A DNA stretch of 64,000 nt. Origin: a virus. Below are positions 1 through 9,314 of this stretch, one piece after another. Each line of letters opens with the position of its first letter. The first letter of the stretch is position 1. The position numbers were made by a program, and so were the translations under genes. Location: positions 10,031 through 74,030 of IMG/VR virus record IMGVR_UViG_3300031772_002569; one strand, 5' to 3'. The notes under the pieces are model-generated. The model was not told where the DNA came from. It searched no databases and was given only the letters and a program-made list of their open reading frames with translations.

Positions 1-2
1 AG

Positions 3-143
3 ATAAACAACTGTAGAGCAATTTACCAAAATTTTATATCTGGAGCCGATAGATTCAAACATGAATTTCTATCTAAATCAGGAAACAGTAAGATTACGTT
101 TTATTCGGATGACGGGAAACACCTTAAAACATTTTCACGTTAA
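3..143 (+). CDS. 3' end of a possible hypothetical gene (truncated by window edge)
   Basis: Frame 3 is open from the window start to TAA at 141-143 (INNCRAIYQ...KTFSR*) and converges on the next gene. Confidence 0.35.
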   Translation: MNNCRAIYQNFISGADRFKHEFLSKSGNSKITFYSDDGKHLKTFSR

Positions 144-406
144 ACTTCTTTGTCTCCATCATCGAAATCTTCCAAAGTTGGAGTAGTTCCGTCTCTAAAT
201 GCAAGTTTACCATTTTTGGTTTGTTCTTTAGCAGCCTCTAACGTACCCAAAACTACTGCGGCTGAATCAACAGAAGGAATATATGCCAGAAATGTTAAAC
301 AGTCATAATCCACCTTTTCTCCGTTGTGGAACATAATTAACACTTCACAATCATCCATATCTCTTGGATAACGTTCTAACGATTTTTTAAGGTATCCTAA
401 GTTCAT
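140..406 (-). CDS. hypothetical protein
   Basis: 88-aa ORF at the end of the minus-strand operon, overlapping the upstream stop. Confidence 0.7.
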   Translation of the reverse strand: MNLGYLKKSLERYPRDMDDCEVLIMFHNGEKVDYDCLTFLAYIPSVDSAAVVLGTLEAAKEQTKNGKLAFRDGTTPTLEDFDDGDKEV

Positions 407-1058
407 ATACGTAGTTGGTGATTGTGTTCAACTTTATTTCATATCCAAATTTACCTAAATATTCTGTATATTGTGAGTCTTGTAATACATTTTCTATAAT
501 GATTATTCTTGGTTTGTATTTCTCTATATCAAGTCCTTTTAATACTGTTAATTCCCACCCTTCTACATCAATACAGACGACATCTATTTTTACGTTTGGA
601 CAGTTTTCTTCTATTATAGTGTCTAGTTTTCTGGCTTTTACCTTTATGTTTTTGATGTCACCTATTCCATTTGCGAATTCTTTCACCCTTCCTACAAATT
701 CTTCACGAACTTTGAAAGAAGAGTTCCCTTCAAAGGTAAATGTCGTATTATCAGGAATATGTTCTCCTGTTCCGTAACAATTTACTGTTTGAAAATCTAC
801 GTTATCTTCATCTTTATCAGAACACGCACATTCTATAATTTCGTGGCCTAAATCCCGATGTTGTTTTGCAAAATAAGGAATAGGTTCAACTGATATACAT
901 CTCCATCCATTTTCTCGGAAGTGTTTGGATATACTAAATAATTCAGGTCCGGCTGCTCCGACTTCTATTAATAGACCTTTATAAGAATAATCCGTATATA
1001 CAGTTTCTCTTATAAATTTGTCGCATCCGTCTTCTCCATGATATTTTTCGTAATTCAT
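387..1058 (-). CDS. FkbM-family SAM-dependent methyltransferase
   Basis: IEVGAA, SVEPIP and RKLDTII...CIDVEGWELTVLKG...PRIIIIE motifs typical of FkbM/Methyltransf_21. Confidence 0.88.
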   Translation of the reverse strand: MNYEKYHGEDGCDKFIRETVYTDYSYKGLLIEVGAAGPELFSISKHFRENGWRCISVEPIPYFAKQHRDLGHEIIECACSDKDEDNVDFQTVNCYGTGEHIPDNTTFTFEGNSSFKVREEFVGRVKEFANGIGDIKNIKVKARKLDTIIEENCPNVKIDVVCIDVEGWELTVLKGLDIEKYKPRIIIIENVLQDSQYTEYLGKFGYEIKLNTITNYVYELRIP

Positions 1059-1306
1059 TATTCGTATTTCTTTGTATCACCCTGTTTGTAGTTTTTGAAA
1101 GTAACTTTACCTTCTGCTGCTAGAATTAACATTTCATCCAATTCTTGAATTAAGTCATTTCTCTGAGTATTAAGAAGATTGGTTTTTCTAGTAGCGTCGG
1201 CAACGTCTTTGTCAGTTTTAGACTTGTCTCTTTTCAATTCTTCGAGATGCCAAATCTTTAGATTGACGACGGTTAATTTATCTACAAGGTTTCCGAATGA
1301 TTCCAT
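1058..1306 (-). CDS. DUF4254-like small helical protein
   Basis: ESFGNLVDKLTVVNLKIWHLEE...LNTQRNDLIQELDE pattern. Start moved to the Met at 1306 to avoid overlap with the upstream gene. Confidence 0.65.
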   Translation of the reverse strand: MESFGNLVDKLTVVNLKIWHLEELKRDKSKTDKDVADATRKTNLLNTQRNDLIQELDEMLILAAEGKVTFKNYKQGDTKKYE

Positions 1307-1310
1307 ATTG

Positions 1311-2537
1311 TTATTCTCCCACAATTTTGAATTTTGGGCAAGGAACTATAAATTTACCTCCACCTTTTAAATAGTCAGATTCACGACTTACGAACTCATT
1401 TATAAAATGCCAAGGCAATACAAGTAAATAATCTGGTTTAGCTTTTCTCATTTCATCTTCTGAGAAAATTGGTATGTTAGTTCCAACCGTTTTTAATCCC
1501 CACTTATAAGGACTTCTTTCAGCCATACCATCAATAAGAGTGTGATCAAGACCAAAATACTGTAATAGGGTATTTCCCTTCGTAGAGGCACCGTATCCCC
1601 AAATAGTCTTTCCTTTAGCTTTTTCTTCTTTTATGAATGAAACTATTTGTTTTTTTAATTGTTGAATCCTTGTATTAAAGAATGTCCATGTAGCTATTTG
1701 ACTCTCTCCAAAGTGTCCTAGAGATTCTTCCAGACGTAATAAAGATATTACTCTGAATCCACACACATCTCTATAAGGTTGGGTGGAAAATTTTTCTTCT
1801 TTGAATTTATCTTTTACAACATACAATCTGAAAGATCCGCCGTTCACATCATTCAATTGACAATCCAATACACGAAATCCATTTTTACCCAATAATCCTA
1901 TCATGTTATATAGATTGTAATAATAAATGTGTTCATGACAGATGTTGTCGAATGCCACTTGATGAATCATCAGTGGGGTATAACTTAATTGCAATACAAA
2001 CAATCCATCATCATCCATTACTTTACAGACATCTTGTAGAAATGGATTTGGGTCATCAAGGTCATAAAACATAGCAATACACGTAACTACCTTCGGCTTC
2101 AAATTACCGTATTTTTGACTCTTGTATGCCTTCTCATTGAAATAATCTTGAACTATTACATTAGAATGTTGTTCTGACTCATTTTTGAATGAATCATCAG
2201 CTGGGTCTATACCTATTTTAATGAATGACTTTGGAACATAACTCAATAGAGTTCCATCATTACAAGCAATATCCAACCACACGTCATTCTCTTTAAATGA
2301 CATTAAACCAGTGATCGAATCAACGATGGAGTTTAGTTCCTTCTTCATTGTGGAATTAATTCCAGAACGATACCAATACTTTCCATACATCGTATTGCAC
2401 GGCGCGGGCTTCTCCAATCTTACGGCTTGTATCGTTTCGTCGTAAACCAACTTTAATTCGTATTTTGAGTTTGCTTCTTGGTCATCTTTGATGAAATCAG
2501 AAACATGTAATTCCCCGAGTGTAAATAATTCTTTCAT
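1311..2537 (-). CDS. NDP-sugar C-methyltransferase (Methyltransf_13/14 type)
   Basis: YWYRSG, LDIACNDGTLL, FDNICHEHIYYY, NGGSFR, GYGASTKGNTLL and PDYLLVLPWHF motifs. Confidence 0.9.
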   Translation of the reverse strand: MKELFTLGELHVSDFIKDDQEANSKYELKLVYDETIQAVRLEKPAPCNTMYGKYWYRSGINSTMKKELNSIVDSITGLMSFKENDVWLDIACNDGTLLSYVPKSFIKIGIDPADDSFKNESEQHSNVIVQDYFNEKAYKSQKYGNLKPKVVTCIAMFYDLDDPNPFLQDVCKVMDDDGLFVLQLSYTPLMIHQVAFDNICHEHIYYYNLYNMIGLLGKNGFRVLDCQLNDVNGGSFRLYVVKDKFKEEKFSTQPYRDVCGFRVISLLRLEESLGHFGESQIATWTFFNTRIQQLKKQIVSFIKEEKAKGKTIWGYGASTKGNTLLQYFGLDHTLIDGMAERSPYKWGLKTVGTNIPIFSEDEMRKAKPDYLLVLPWHFINEFVSRESDYLKGGGKFIVPCPKFKIVGE

Positions 2538-2540
2538 ATA

Positions 2541-3392
2541 TTACCAAATCCAATCTTTTAAACATTCTTCCAACGATTGATATGCGTCTTTCATTTCCAG
2601 TCCAACCGATTTTAATTTATCAGTATTCAATACCGTGTTGGATCTTGGAGCTTTAATTCCTAAATTAAACGATTCCAAACTCTCAAAATATTTAAATTCT
2701 TTGTCCACCTTTAGATGTTTTTTTATCAATTCAACTACTTCTGTAGTCTCCACATGTCCTTTATTCGTTACATTATATATTCCATAAGGAACACGTTTTT
2801 CTAAAGTATCTATACACACTTTAACATATTCTCTCTTATTTGACAAGGAATTTTTTGCGTTTAATAGAGTATTGTAATTTATTAATTTAGAAATATAATT
2901 TCTATCATTGTGTTTTTCCTCGAAAGGAATTCTTAATCTCCAAATATATTTCTGTTCTAGTTCTTCTAACATCTCTTCGCCGAACGCTTTAGTTCCGCTA
3001 TAAAAACTACAAGGAGGATTTTTAAAACTAAAATTCGGTTGGTCTAATTCCGTGAATCCGTTTTCTTTATATCCATTGTATATGCATCCAGACGATACAT
3101 GACCCAATGTTATTTTCTTACGTTCACATATTATAGATAACATTCTTGGAAACACTACATTGCCTGACATGGTTTCAGCTTTTTTGTCCTCGCAAGCATC
3201 TACATTTGGTTTTCCGGTATAACCAGCACAATTAATAATAGTATCGATATCACAATTGATCACCGTCTTTTGTATATCTTCCATGTCGGATTCTTGGGCA
3301 GACATACAGAATGGACCTATCTTTCTTTCGGTCAATTGTTTTAAGAATTCTTTTCCAATGTATCCCGTAGAACCAAATAATAATACTCTCAT
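2541..3392 (-). CDS. NDP-4-keto-6-deoxyglucose reductase, RmlD-like or bifunctional 3,5-epimerase/4-reductase (NRS/ER) type
   Basis: GSTGYIG Rossmann motif, AGYTGKPNVDACE, SSGCIY, catalytic YSGTK, RLRIP; adjacent to rmlA. Confidence 0.85.
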   Translation of the reverse strand: MRVLLFGSTGYIGKEFLKQLTERKIGPFCMSAQESDMEDIQKTVINCDIDTIINCAGYTGKPNVDACEDKKAETMSGNVVFPRMLSIICERKKITLGHVSSGCIYNGYKENGFTELDQPNFSFKNPPCSFYSGTKAFGEEMLEELEQKYIWRLRIPFEEKHNDRNYISKLINYNTLLNAKNSLSNKREYVKVCIDTLEKRVPYGIYNVTNKGHVETTEVVELIKKHLKVDKEFKYFESLESFNLGIKAPRSNTVLNTDKLKSVGLEMKDAYQSLEECLKDWIW

Positions 3393-4231
3393 ATTAACCT
3401 TTCTAAGTAACTTCTGTATTCACCTTTTGGCAAAGTTCCAACAGATTCTTTGAATTTTTCTTTTGATATAAATCCTTTTTTCAAACAAGATTCTTCGTAA
3501 CATCCCACCATTACTCCTTGTCTTTCCTGAATGGATTGAATATATGAAGATGCTTGAAATAATGTTTGTGGAGTTCCTGCATCCAACCATGCCATGCCTC
3601 TTTCCATCTTATAAGCATAAAGTTGTTGGTTGTAAAGATACACCTTCAATAAATCGACGATTTCCAATTCCCCTCTTATGGATGGTTTTAAACTCTTGGC
3701 ATATTTCGGGGCATTACTATCAAACATGTATATTCCAGGTATAGAATAGTTACTTTTTGGATTCATGGGTTTTTCTTCCAAAGATTTAACCCTTCCATAT
3801 TCATCAAATTCTACTACACCGTAAGCTCTGGGATCTTTAACTTCATATCCATAAATGACGGAACCACACATGCAGTTTGCTTCATAAAATGAACCATGAA
3901 AAATATTGTCTCCTAAAATAAGACATGAACATTCTCCATTAAGAAATTCCTCTGCTAAAATCAACGCCTGTGCCAATCCTTCTGGCTTTTCTTGTATTTT
4001 ATATTGGATATTCAATCCCCACTTACTTCCGTCTCCTAATAAGTTTTTATAACAATCGACGTATTGTGGACTTGTAATTAATAGTATCTCATTCATCCCT
4101 CCATTAATGAGTGTGGTCAAAGGATAATACACCATAGGTTTATCATAGACAGGCAACAACTGTTTATTGACCATTGTTGTCAATGGATATAAACGTGTTC
4201 CCGAACCACCTGATAATATTATCCCCTTCAT
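3389..4231 (-). CDS. rmlA: glucose-1-phosphate thymidylyltransferase
   Basis: MKGIILSGGSGTRLYPLT, KQLLPVYDKPM, PEGLAQA, LILGDNIF, EEKP, RGELEI, WLDAGT. Confidence 0.95.
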   Translation of the reverse strand: MKGIILSGGSGTRLYPLTTMVNKQLLPVYDKPMVYYPLTTLINGGMNEILLITSPQYVDCYKNLLGDGSKWGLNIQYKIQEKPEGLAQALILAEEFLNGECSCLILGDNIFHGSFYEANCMCGSVIYGYEVKDPRAYGVVEFDEYGRVKSLEEKPMNPKSNYSIPGIYMFDSNAPKYAKSLKPSIRGELEIVDLLKVYLYNQQLYAYKMERGMAWLDAGTPQTLFQASSYIQSIQERQGVMVGCYEESCLKKGFISKEKFKESVGTLPKGEYRSYLERLI

Positions 4232-4232
4232 G

Positions 4233-4487
4233 TTATTTACTTTGTTCCGCCTGAGTCAAAAATTGTTGAATTTCGTTGATGACTCGATCACATCCCTCTT
4301 CTGTTTCCAATACTTGTAAATCTCCATCGGTTATTCCGAACACAAAACATTTGTTTAATGCCCATATAGCCAATTCAAGATTTTCTCCATCCCTACAAGT
4401 TATAGAATGGCTTCCTGTGAATTTATCTCCCATTGTAGATAATGGGAATGATTCGTTCAGTTTTTTAAATAGATGTTTTGTTTTCAT
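4233..4487 (-). CDS. hypothetical protein
   Basis: 84-aa ORF tightly packed in the operon. Confidence 0.7.
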   Translation of the reverse strand: MKTKHLFKKLNESFPLSTMGDKFTGSHSITCRDGENLELAIWALNKCFVFGITDGDLQVLETEEGCDRVINEIQQFLTQAEQSK

Positions 4488-5226
4488 TTTTTGTTAATAT
4501 TTTTTTCCAATCCCACACCAATGTTTTTATAAACATTATTTTTTGTGGAGATTTTGTTATGATATATTCCTTACCGCCTTCGTAACCATACTTTTCCAAA
4601 GCAGCCTTTGGATTAGTTCTTGCTAATTCGCCTCTGGCTCCTTTTTCTTTTTTCCATAAACCCAATGGGCCTTTTCTTATAGAATTTCCTGATGTTCTTC
4701 CTATTTCAATCCAATTAGAAGCTTTATAAATTGACCCGTTCCTAAGTTTTTGTCCCTTGTAATCTTTATTTCTTTCTGGTTGAACATAAGTTTCCAGCAT
4801 AATAAGTGGTTGATTGTATTTCTCTTTCCACCGTTTTGCTCCCACTTGACCGAGTTGTTTTAAAACCATACTTCCTGTGTTTTTTATTGTTATGTTCTTT
4901 TGAATAAAACAACATCTGGAATTGTTCGCTAACATCCCCAGATTTTTAATTCTGGTGTCTTTATCCCATCCTATGAAAGAATCCCTACATGAGATAGCAA
5001 TAGTCGCTGATGATAATCCTATTGCGCCTATATGGTTGCCTGATTCAGTCTCATATATTAACCAGCGAATGTTTCGTGTTGGAGAGTCTGTATATTTAAC
5101 GTAGGAGTGGTATGTATCGATTGTTTGTCGAAACAACTTATTCTGTTCGGGAGTAGCACATTCAACCAAAAAAATTGGCGATTGTATTGTATTAGAATAA
5201 TCAATTATGGACAAGGAATTAGACAT
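4465..5226 (-). CDS. DUF4338 (DruA/Mom-related) protein, short form
   Basis: YHSY, IGAIGLSSA, RDSFIGW, NNSR, W..KY..PLIMLETYV, GSIYKASNWIEIGRTSG. Confidence 0.8.
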   Translation of the reverse strand: MSNSLSIIDYSNTIQSPIFLVECATPEQNKLFRQTIDTYHSYVKYTDSPTRNIRWLIYETESGNHIGAIGLSSATIAISCRDSFIGWDKDTRIKNLGMLANNSRCCFIQKNITIKNTGSMVLKQLGQVGAKRWKEKYNQPLIMLETYVQPERNKDYKGQKLRNGSIYKASNWIEIGRTSGNSIRKGPLGLWKKEKGARGELARTNPKAALEKYGYEGGKEYIITKSPQKIMFIKTLVWDWKKILTKNENKTSI

Positions 5227-5275
5227 AAGTATATAACCGTATATACTTATATCCGTAAAGGAAAAGGTAATTAAT

Positions 5276-5968
5276 TTATTTTGAAGTCAAGCAACTATTT
5301 TGAAGTTCAATGAGGGGACATTTTTCTAAACAAAGATGCACGGTGTTTTTAAGATAGTTATCTTTATGAATATCTTCTAATAATATTGAAGGATCGGAAC
5401 TTCTTACATCTTCCCACTCTAAACAAAAATCACATTTTTCTTTAACGAGAGGATCGTTTTTTCTTTCTTCTTCATTTGGGGCTTTGTCAAAGACTTGTTC
5501 TATTTCTCCCTGTAATCCTACAGTTTTATAAAATTTTGATAGATGTAATGACCAACCATCCCACTCATTTTGAACCCAATCTACTTCATTTGGGAATCGA
5601 ACATCCGAAATTAAATAAACTCGTTTTTTGGATTTCTCTTCATCAGAAGCTAAGTGTTCTTCTTCCATTAATGTCGCATTCACTTTGTTTATCCAAATAT
5701 CATTGTCATAATGTTCTCGCATCCCACATCCTATCCAAACCAAACCAGGTCGAATGACCTTTTTTTCCTCTGTATCATCAGTAAAAGCAGAAATGTTGAA
5801 AAGAGTTTTGCACATGGGATCAGCCAACTTTTTAAGTTCATCCGCAAATGCCAATTTTTTTACTTCGTATCCATTTTCTTTAAGAATGGATGCCGCGATC
5901 TTACAAAATGTATCTTTTCCACATCTGGCATAGCCAGCAATACCTATTACAATAATTTTTTTATTCAT
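5276..5968 (-). CDS. deoxynucleoside monophosphate kinase (T4 gp1-like)
   Basis: IGIAGYARCGKDT P-loop, AFADELK, R..L...G..MR, ISDVRFPNE. Confidence 0.88.
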   Translation of the reverse strand: MNKKIIVIGIAGYARCGKDTFCKIAASILKENGYEVKKLAFADELKKLADPMCKTLFNISAFTDDTEEKKVIRPGLVWIGCGMREHYDNDIWINKVNATLMEEEHLASDEEKSKKRVYLISDVRFPNEVDWVQNEWDGWSLHLSKFYKTVGLQGEIEQVFDKAPNEEERKNDPLVKEKCDFCLEWEDVRSSDPSILLEDIHKDNYLKNTVHLCLEKCPLIELQNSCLTSK

Positions 5969-6467
5969 TTGAAAAAATCCTCTCTACTTCTTTGTCATTC
6001 AATCCATAACCCTGACAAATTTTTACCAACTCTTCTACTCCACCCTCCATGTTCATCAACATTAATATGTATTCGTTTGCTCGGTCTGTCGATATTTCAT
6101 ATTTTTTGGCAATCAATTCCAATAATTGACTATTCATTTTTTCTCTTTTGGATTTTACCCAAGGATAGAATCTTCGGTCAGAAGGAATTAAGGAAATCAA
6201 AACTTTATAGAGTTGTTCAGATGGAATGGAATCAAAATATTGAAATATTTTTGATATGTCATCTACCAATGTTGGGTTCATTGATAATGCCCTAAGTATC
6301 ATAAAATGGTTAAAAGATTTTCTGTCTGATTCAGACAGATTCTTATAGTAATCTACATTTTGAACTTCTCGGATATGTTTAACGTGATCAAACAATCCTA
6401 TCGGTTTGACGGATTCGTTCTGAACGTCGTTGGAATCTTCTTGGGGCTTTTTCGATTTCTTTTTCAT
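5961..6467 (-). CDS. clamp loader small subunit (T4 gp62-like)
   Basis: LFDHVKHI, FNHFMILRALSM, FYPWVKSK, LELIAKKYEIS..RANEY pattern; replication context. Confidence 0.7.
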   Translation of the reverse strand: MKKKSKKPQEDSNDVQNESVKPIGLFDHVKHIREVQNVDYYKNLSESDRKSFNHFMILRALSMNPTLVDDISKIFQYFDSIPSEQLYKVLISLIPSDRRFYPWVKSKREKMNSQLLELIAKKYEISTDRANEYILMLMNMEGGVEELVKICQGYGLNDKEVERIFSNE

Positions 6468-6660
6468 TTCTTAAAATCCTCCGAGATGTAGTATTGACTG
6501 AATTGTATAGAATGACTTGATTCCCATTTAGAATATTAATGTCAGCATCGATTCTTTTCAACCTTTTATCGACTCCTTTTAAGAGTGAGACATAATATAT
6601 CGACGCCGCTATTGCTATCAATATAGATAAACTACTCAGTATTATCGATAATAGTTCCAT
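6388..6660 (-). CDS. small membrane-anchored coiled-coil protein
   Basis: N-terminal hydrophobic helix (LLSIILSSLSILIAIAASIYYV) followed by a basic tail. Confidence 0.6.
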   Translation of the reverse strand: MELLSIILSSLSILIAIAASIYYVSLLKGVDKRLKRIDADINILNGNQVILYNSVNTTSRRILRNEKEIEKAPRRFQRRSERIRQTDRIV

Positions 6661-6674
6661 ACATTTTTAAAAGG

Positions 6675-6702
6675 TTTGAGGATGGTTCCTTCCATCCTCA
6701 AA
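6675..6702 (-). terminator. rho-independent terminator-like hairpin
   Basis: Perfect 11-bp inverted repeat tttgaggatgg/ccatcctcaaa just downstream of the 6721 ORF. Confidence 0.65.
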
Positions 6703-6720
6703 TTGATTTTCGACAATTTC

Positions 6721-6939
6721 TTATCGGCGTGCTGCACGACGGCCTGCCGTCACAACTCGTAAGAGTGCGCGGACTTGACTGTTCGTAAAATTAACGGTTT
6801 GTCCGTCAACTGAAGTAACAGAGAGTTTTTGGGCGGTGCGATTTCCAGCCAACGGAACACGGTAACGGATTTCGAGGCCAGACGGAGTGACATTAGCAAC
6901 TGTGGCAACATCACGGGATTTATTAACGGTAGTAGTCAT
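6721..6939 (-). CDS. small basic hypothetical protein
   Basis: Arg-rich ORF. ATG at 6939 follows an A-rich/GGA leader (the ORF track starts at GTG 6975). Hairpin downstream. Confidence 0.65.
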   Translation of the reverse strand: MTTTVNKSRDVATVANVTPSGLEIRYRVPLAGNRTAQKLSVTSVDGQTVNFTNSQVRALLRVVTAGRRAARR

Positions 6940-7024
6940 AACTGATTTTCCTTTTTTTGTAATTGTGTTTATCACAATGATTATTATTTAACTATATATC
7001 GTAAATGAATATAATCAAATTATA

Positions 7025-8248
7025 TTATCTTCCAACATCATTAAAATAATGAAATTTGGCTTGTTCGTAGTTCATTTTATTCATGTTTGAGTAAAACAAC
7101 TTTTCGGACTTTATATTATTCTCTTTCAAAAGTCTTTTGTATCTCTCTATGGCTTTCGGTTTCCACCATTCCATTATACCTTTAGTATCCTGATGAAATA
7201 ATGGTTTCAATATCAAGTCTTTCTCTGATATCTTATTTGAAAGAAATTCTTTAGTATTTTCGTAAAAACACGAATAATAAACGCCTCGTTCAAATCCATG
7301 AGTAAAATTGGATTGTTTCAAACCAGCCGATTCAAAGATCATATTTAAGACACGAAGTTTAGCTCCTGTTACTGGTCCTGATACGCCTTCTTTCTGAGTC
7401 ATTTTTTGTTCATATTCCTGACTTCTGGTTTTTTTAACCCAATCATGCCATTTCTTGTAAATTATTTCGTCTGGTTTGATTAAAATCTTTCCTGTTGAAG
7501 AACCACATTTATGCCACCACTTCAAACTATTGTACATTGAATAAGAACCATAAAGACTCGTGGTTGTCATTCCAACCAAAACATTATCGTATAACTTTTT
7601 CCATGATTCTCTAACGGTATTGGATACAACCAATGCAGCCGTCAATTTACCACCTAAAAAATTATAACCGAAAGGCTGAGTCGAAACTATAGTGGTTCCT
7701 ATTGCTGAATGTTCTAGGTTTTTATCCTTTAACCGATTGTCTAATGTCCACCCAATGTATTTATCTCTATCTGAGATGGAGATTACATCACTAGCAATCG
7801 AAGACAATCCTAATATTCTGGGGTTCTCTAAATTTCCATCAGTTATCCAAAATTTCACGAATCTTCCAGGAGCTTGATTGAATTCTGCCGAACTACAAAA
7901 ATATCGGAGTGTCGTCCACATTCTGTCGTCTTCGGGATTTTTAATTAACACTATGGTAGGATTAAGATTTTCTATCTCTTTTACCGTAAGTGCCTCGTCA
8001 TTTACATCTATAGGCGACCAAATTTTAGCTTTGGCTTCACCTGCCATATTAAGATGACCTTTCATCGATGTCCAATCTGTTATTTCCTCCCATTTCTTTC
8101 TAAAAGTGAATTCCTCTACAGACAAAGATTTCAAATAATTCATATTATTGAGAAGTGTTTTAACTTCCTCGTTAATATCAAAGGCATTTTGTTTCACTGA
8201 AATATCAGCAATATCCGAAATGTCAAATGGTTTAGAATCGTTACTCAT
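7025..8248 (-). CDS. DUF4338 / DruA-like protein, long form
   Basis: PGRFVKFW, RDKYIGW, QPFGYNFLGGKLTAAL, LVGMTTTSLYG, SMYNSL, G.STG motifs. Confidence 0.8.
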   Translation of the reverse strand: MSNDSKPFDISDIADISVKQNAFDINEEVKTLLNNMNYLKSLSVEEFTFRKKWEEITDWTSMKGHLNMAGEAKAKIWSPIDVNDEALTVKEIENLNPTIVLIKNPEDDRMWTTLRYFCSSAEFNQAPGRFVKFWITDGNLENPRILGLSSIASDVISISDRDKYIGWTLDNRLKDKNLEHSAIGTTIVSTQPFGYNFLGGKLTAALVVSNTVRESWKKLYDNVLVGMTTTSLYGSYSMYNSLKWWHKCGSSTGKILIKPDEIIYKKWHDWVKKTRSQEYEQKMTQKEGVSGPVTGAKLRVLNMIFESAGLKQSNFTHGFERGVYYSCFYENTKEFLSNKISEKDLILKPLFHQDTKGIMEWWKPKAIERYKRLLKENNIKSEKLFYSNMNKMNYEQAKFHYFNDVGR

Positions 8249-8254
8249 GTAATG

Positions 8255-8282
8255 AATATATTGTATAAAAAAAGAAAGTCAA
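8255..8282 (-). promoter_or_regulatory. sigma70-like early promoter
   Basis: Minus strand TTGACT-N16-TATATT a few nt upstream of the ATG at 8248. Confidence 0.5.
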
Positions 8283-8304
8283 CTTCTGATACTATTTATT
8301 ATAT

Positions 8305-8562
8305 ATGCAGTTTAAAAAAATTGATAAAGACATGTCGGTGTTTCACTATTTTGAGAAATCGCCTACTCAATTTGCTTTGTATGATGACGAATTAGACATG
8401 CCAATTATGTATGGAAGTAGAAATTTGGTGGATGCTATGGTTCGTAAATTGTCAAAGGATGTTATGGTTATCTACTATAAAAGAGACTCCGATAAATTTT
8501 CTTTCAAGAAGAAAATAATCTATGAAGGATCGAAGGAAGATGCCAAAACAACAAAAGGTTAA
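8305..8562 (+). CDS. hypothetical protein
   Basis: 85-aa ORF preceded by TATTTATT, a variant of the late motif. Confidence 0.7.
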   Translation: MQFKKIDKDMSVFHYFEKSPTQFALYDDELDMPIMYGSRNLVDAMVRKLSKDVMVIYYKRDSDKFSFKKKIIYEGSKEDAKTTKG

Positions 8563-8732
8563 TCCATTTCAAGTTCTATACGAAACCAACATTTGTTATA
8601 TCTTGGTTCTTCCATGAAACTCAATTCGGTATCGATTTCTTCTTCTTCAAGACTTACTTTTACCAATTTCTTTTCAAGAAGATCAAAAATCCCACATACA
8701 CATACCTCAAGTTTGTTTAACCTTTTTGGCAT
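8559..8732 (-). CDS. small hypothetical protein (57 aa, below the ORF-track cutoff)
   Basis: Read manually: MPKRLNKLEVCVCGIFDLLEKKLVKVSLEEEEIDTELSFMEEPRYNKCWFRIELEMD*. Fills the gap downstream of the 8766 gene. Confidence 0.55.
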   Translation of the reverse strand: MPKRLNKLEVCVCGIFDLLEKKLVKVSLEEEEIDTELSFMEEPRYNKCWFRIELEMD

Positions 8733-8765
8733 AGTGTATGTGGGAAGAATTTTAGATTTCTCTTT

Positions 8766-9218
8766 TTAGCTTACAACGACGGTTTTTCCGGAAGAGACGT
8801 TTGAAGTGGATACCGAGGTTACATTCGTAGATGTTGCAACGCTCATGACGTTTACCAATTTGGTTTGGTCGTCTAACTGAATCGAGTCAGCTTTGGCAGA
8901 GTCGAGAACCGATTGTAGAACGGGGCGCATTGCTAAAACTAAACTTGGGCGGCCTTTGCCGGGATTCGTGGTTCCGATTACGCCGACAGACTTTTCTTCG
9001 TCGATGGCTTTCTTTAAACGAACTCGAAGAGTGATTTCTTTGAAATCAGGATTTAATCTAATCAAATCCTTTATCGTAAAATAGGTTGTATTGGCCGGCC
9101 AAACTAATACGAGATTAGTTTTATTTTTACGTTGAGTTTTCTTCGTAACAGAAGTTGTGATTATCGTGTTAGAAGGGGTTAGTTGTGTTGGTTGTGTTGT
9201 TGTTGTTGTGTTGTTCAT
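8766..9218 (-). CDS. putative winged-helix DNA-binding protein
   Basis: FTIKDL...ITLRVRLKKAIDE...GKGRPSLV resembles a wHTH with a GRP wing; Thr/Ser-rich termini. Confidence 0.5.
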   Translation of the reverse strand: MNNTTTTTQPTQLTPSNTIITTSVTKKTQRKNKTNLVLVWPANTTYFTIKDLIRLNPDFKEITLRVRLKKAIDEEKSVGVIGTTNPGKGRPSLVLAMRPVLQSVLDSAKADSIQLDDQTKLVNVMSVATSTNVTSVSTSNVSSGKTVVVS

Positions 9219-9267
9219 ATATAACGTGTTTTTTTACTTTCTGTATTCCTCCATTGGACTACATATT

Positions 9268-9296
9268 ACTTTAACGTGAAACTATAATTTTGTCAA
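9268..9296 (-). promoter_or_regulatory. sigma70-like promoter
   Basis: Minus strand TTGACA-N17-TAAAGT upstream of the 9218 gene. Confidence 0.5.
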
Positions 9297-9314
9297 ACGG
9301 TTTTTTCATTCTTT

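Noticed and set aside
5711-6295. Long antisense ORFs (e.g. 5711-6295, 24820-25293, 32584-33003, 54421-54933)
   Set aside because: They lie wholly opposite well-supported genes and have shadow-like composition with no motifs
4465-8248. Druantia defence system
   Set aside because: Only DUF4338/DruA-like genes are present. There is no DruE helicase or other Dru subunit, and the context is phage replication
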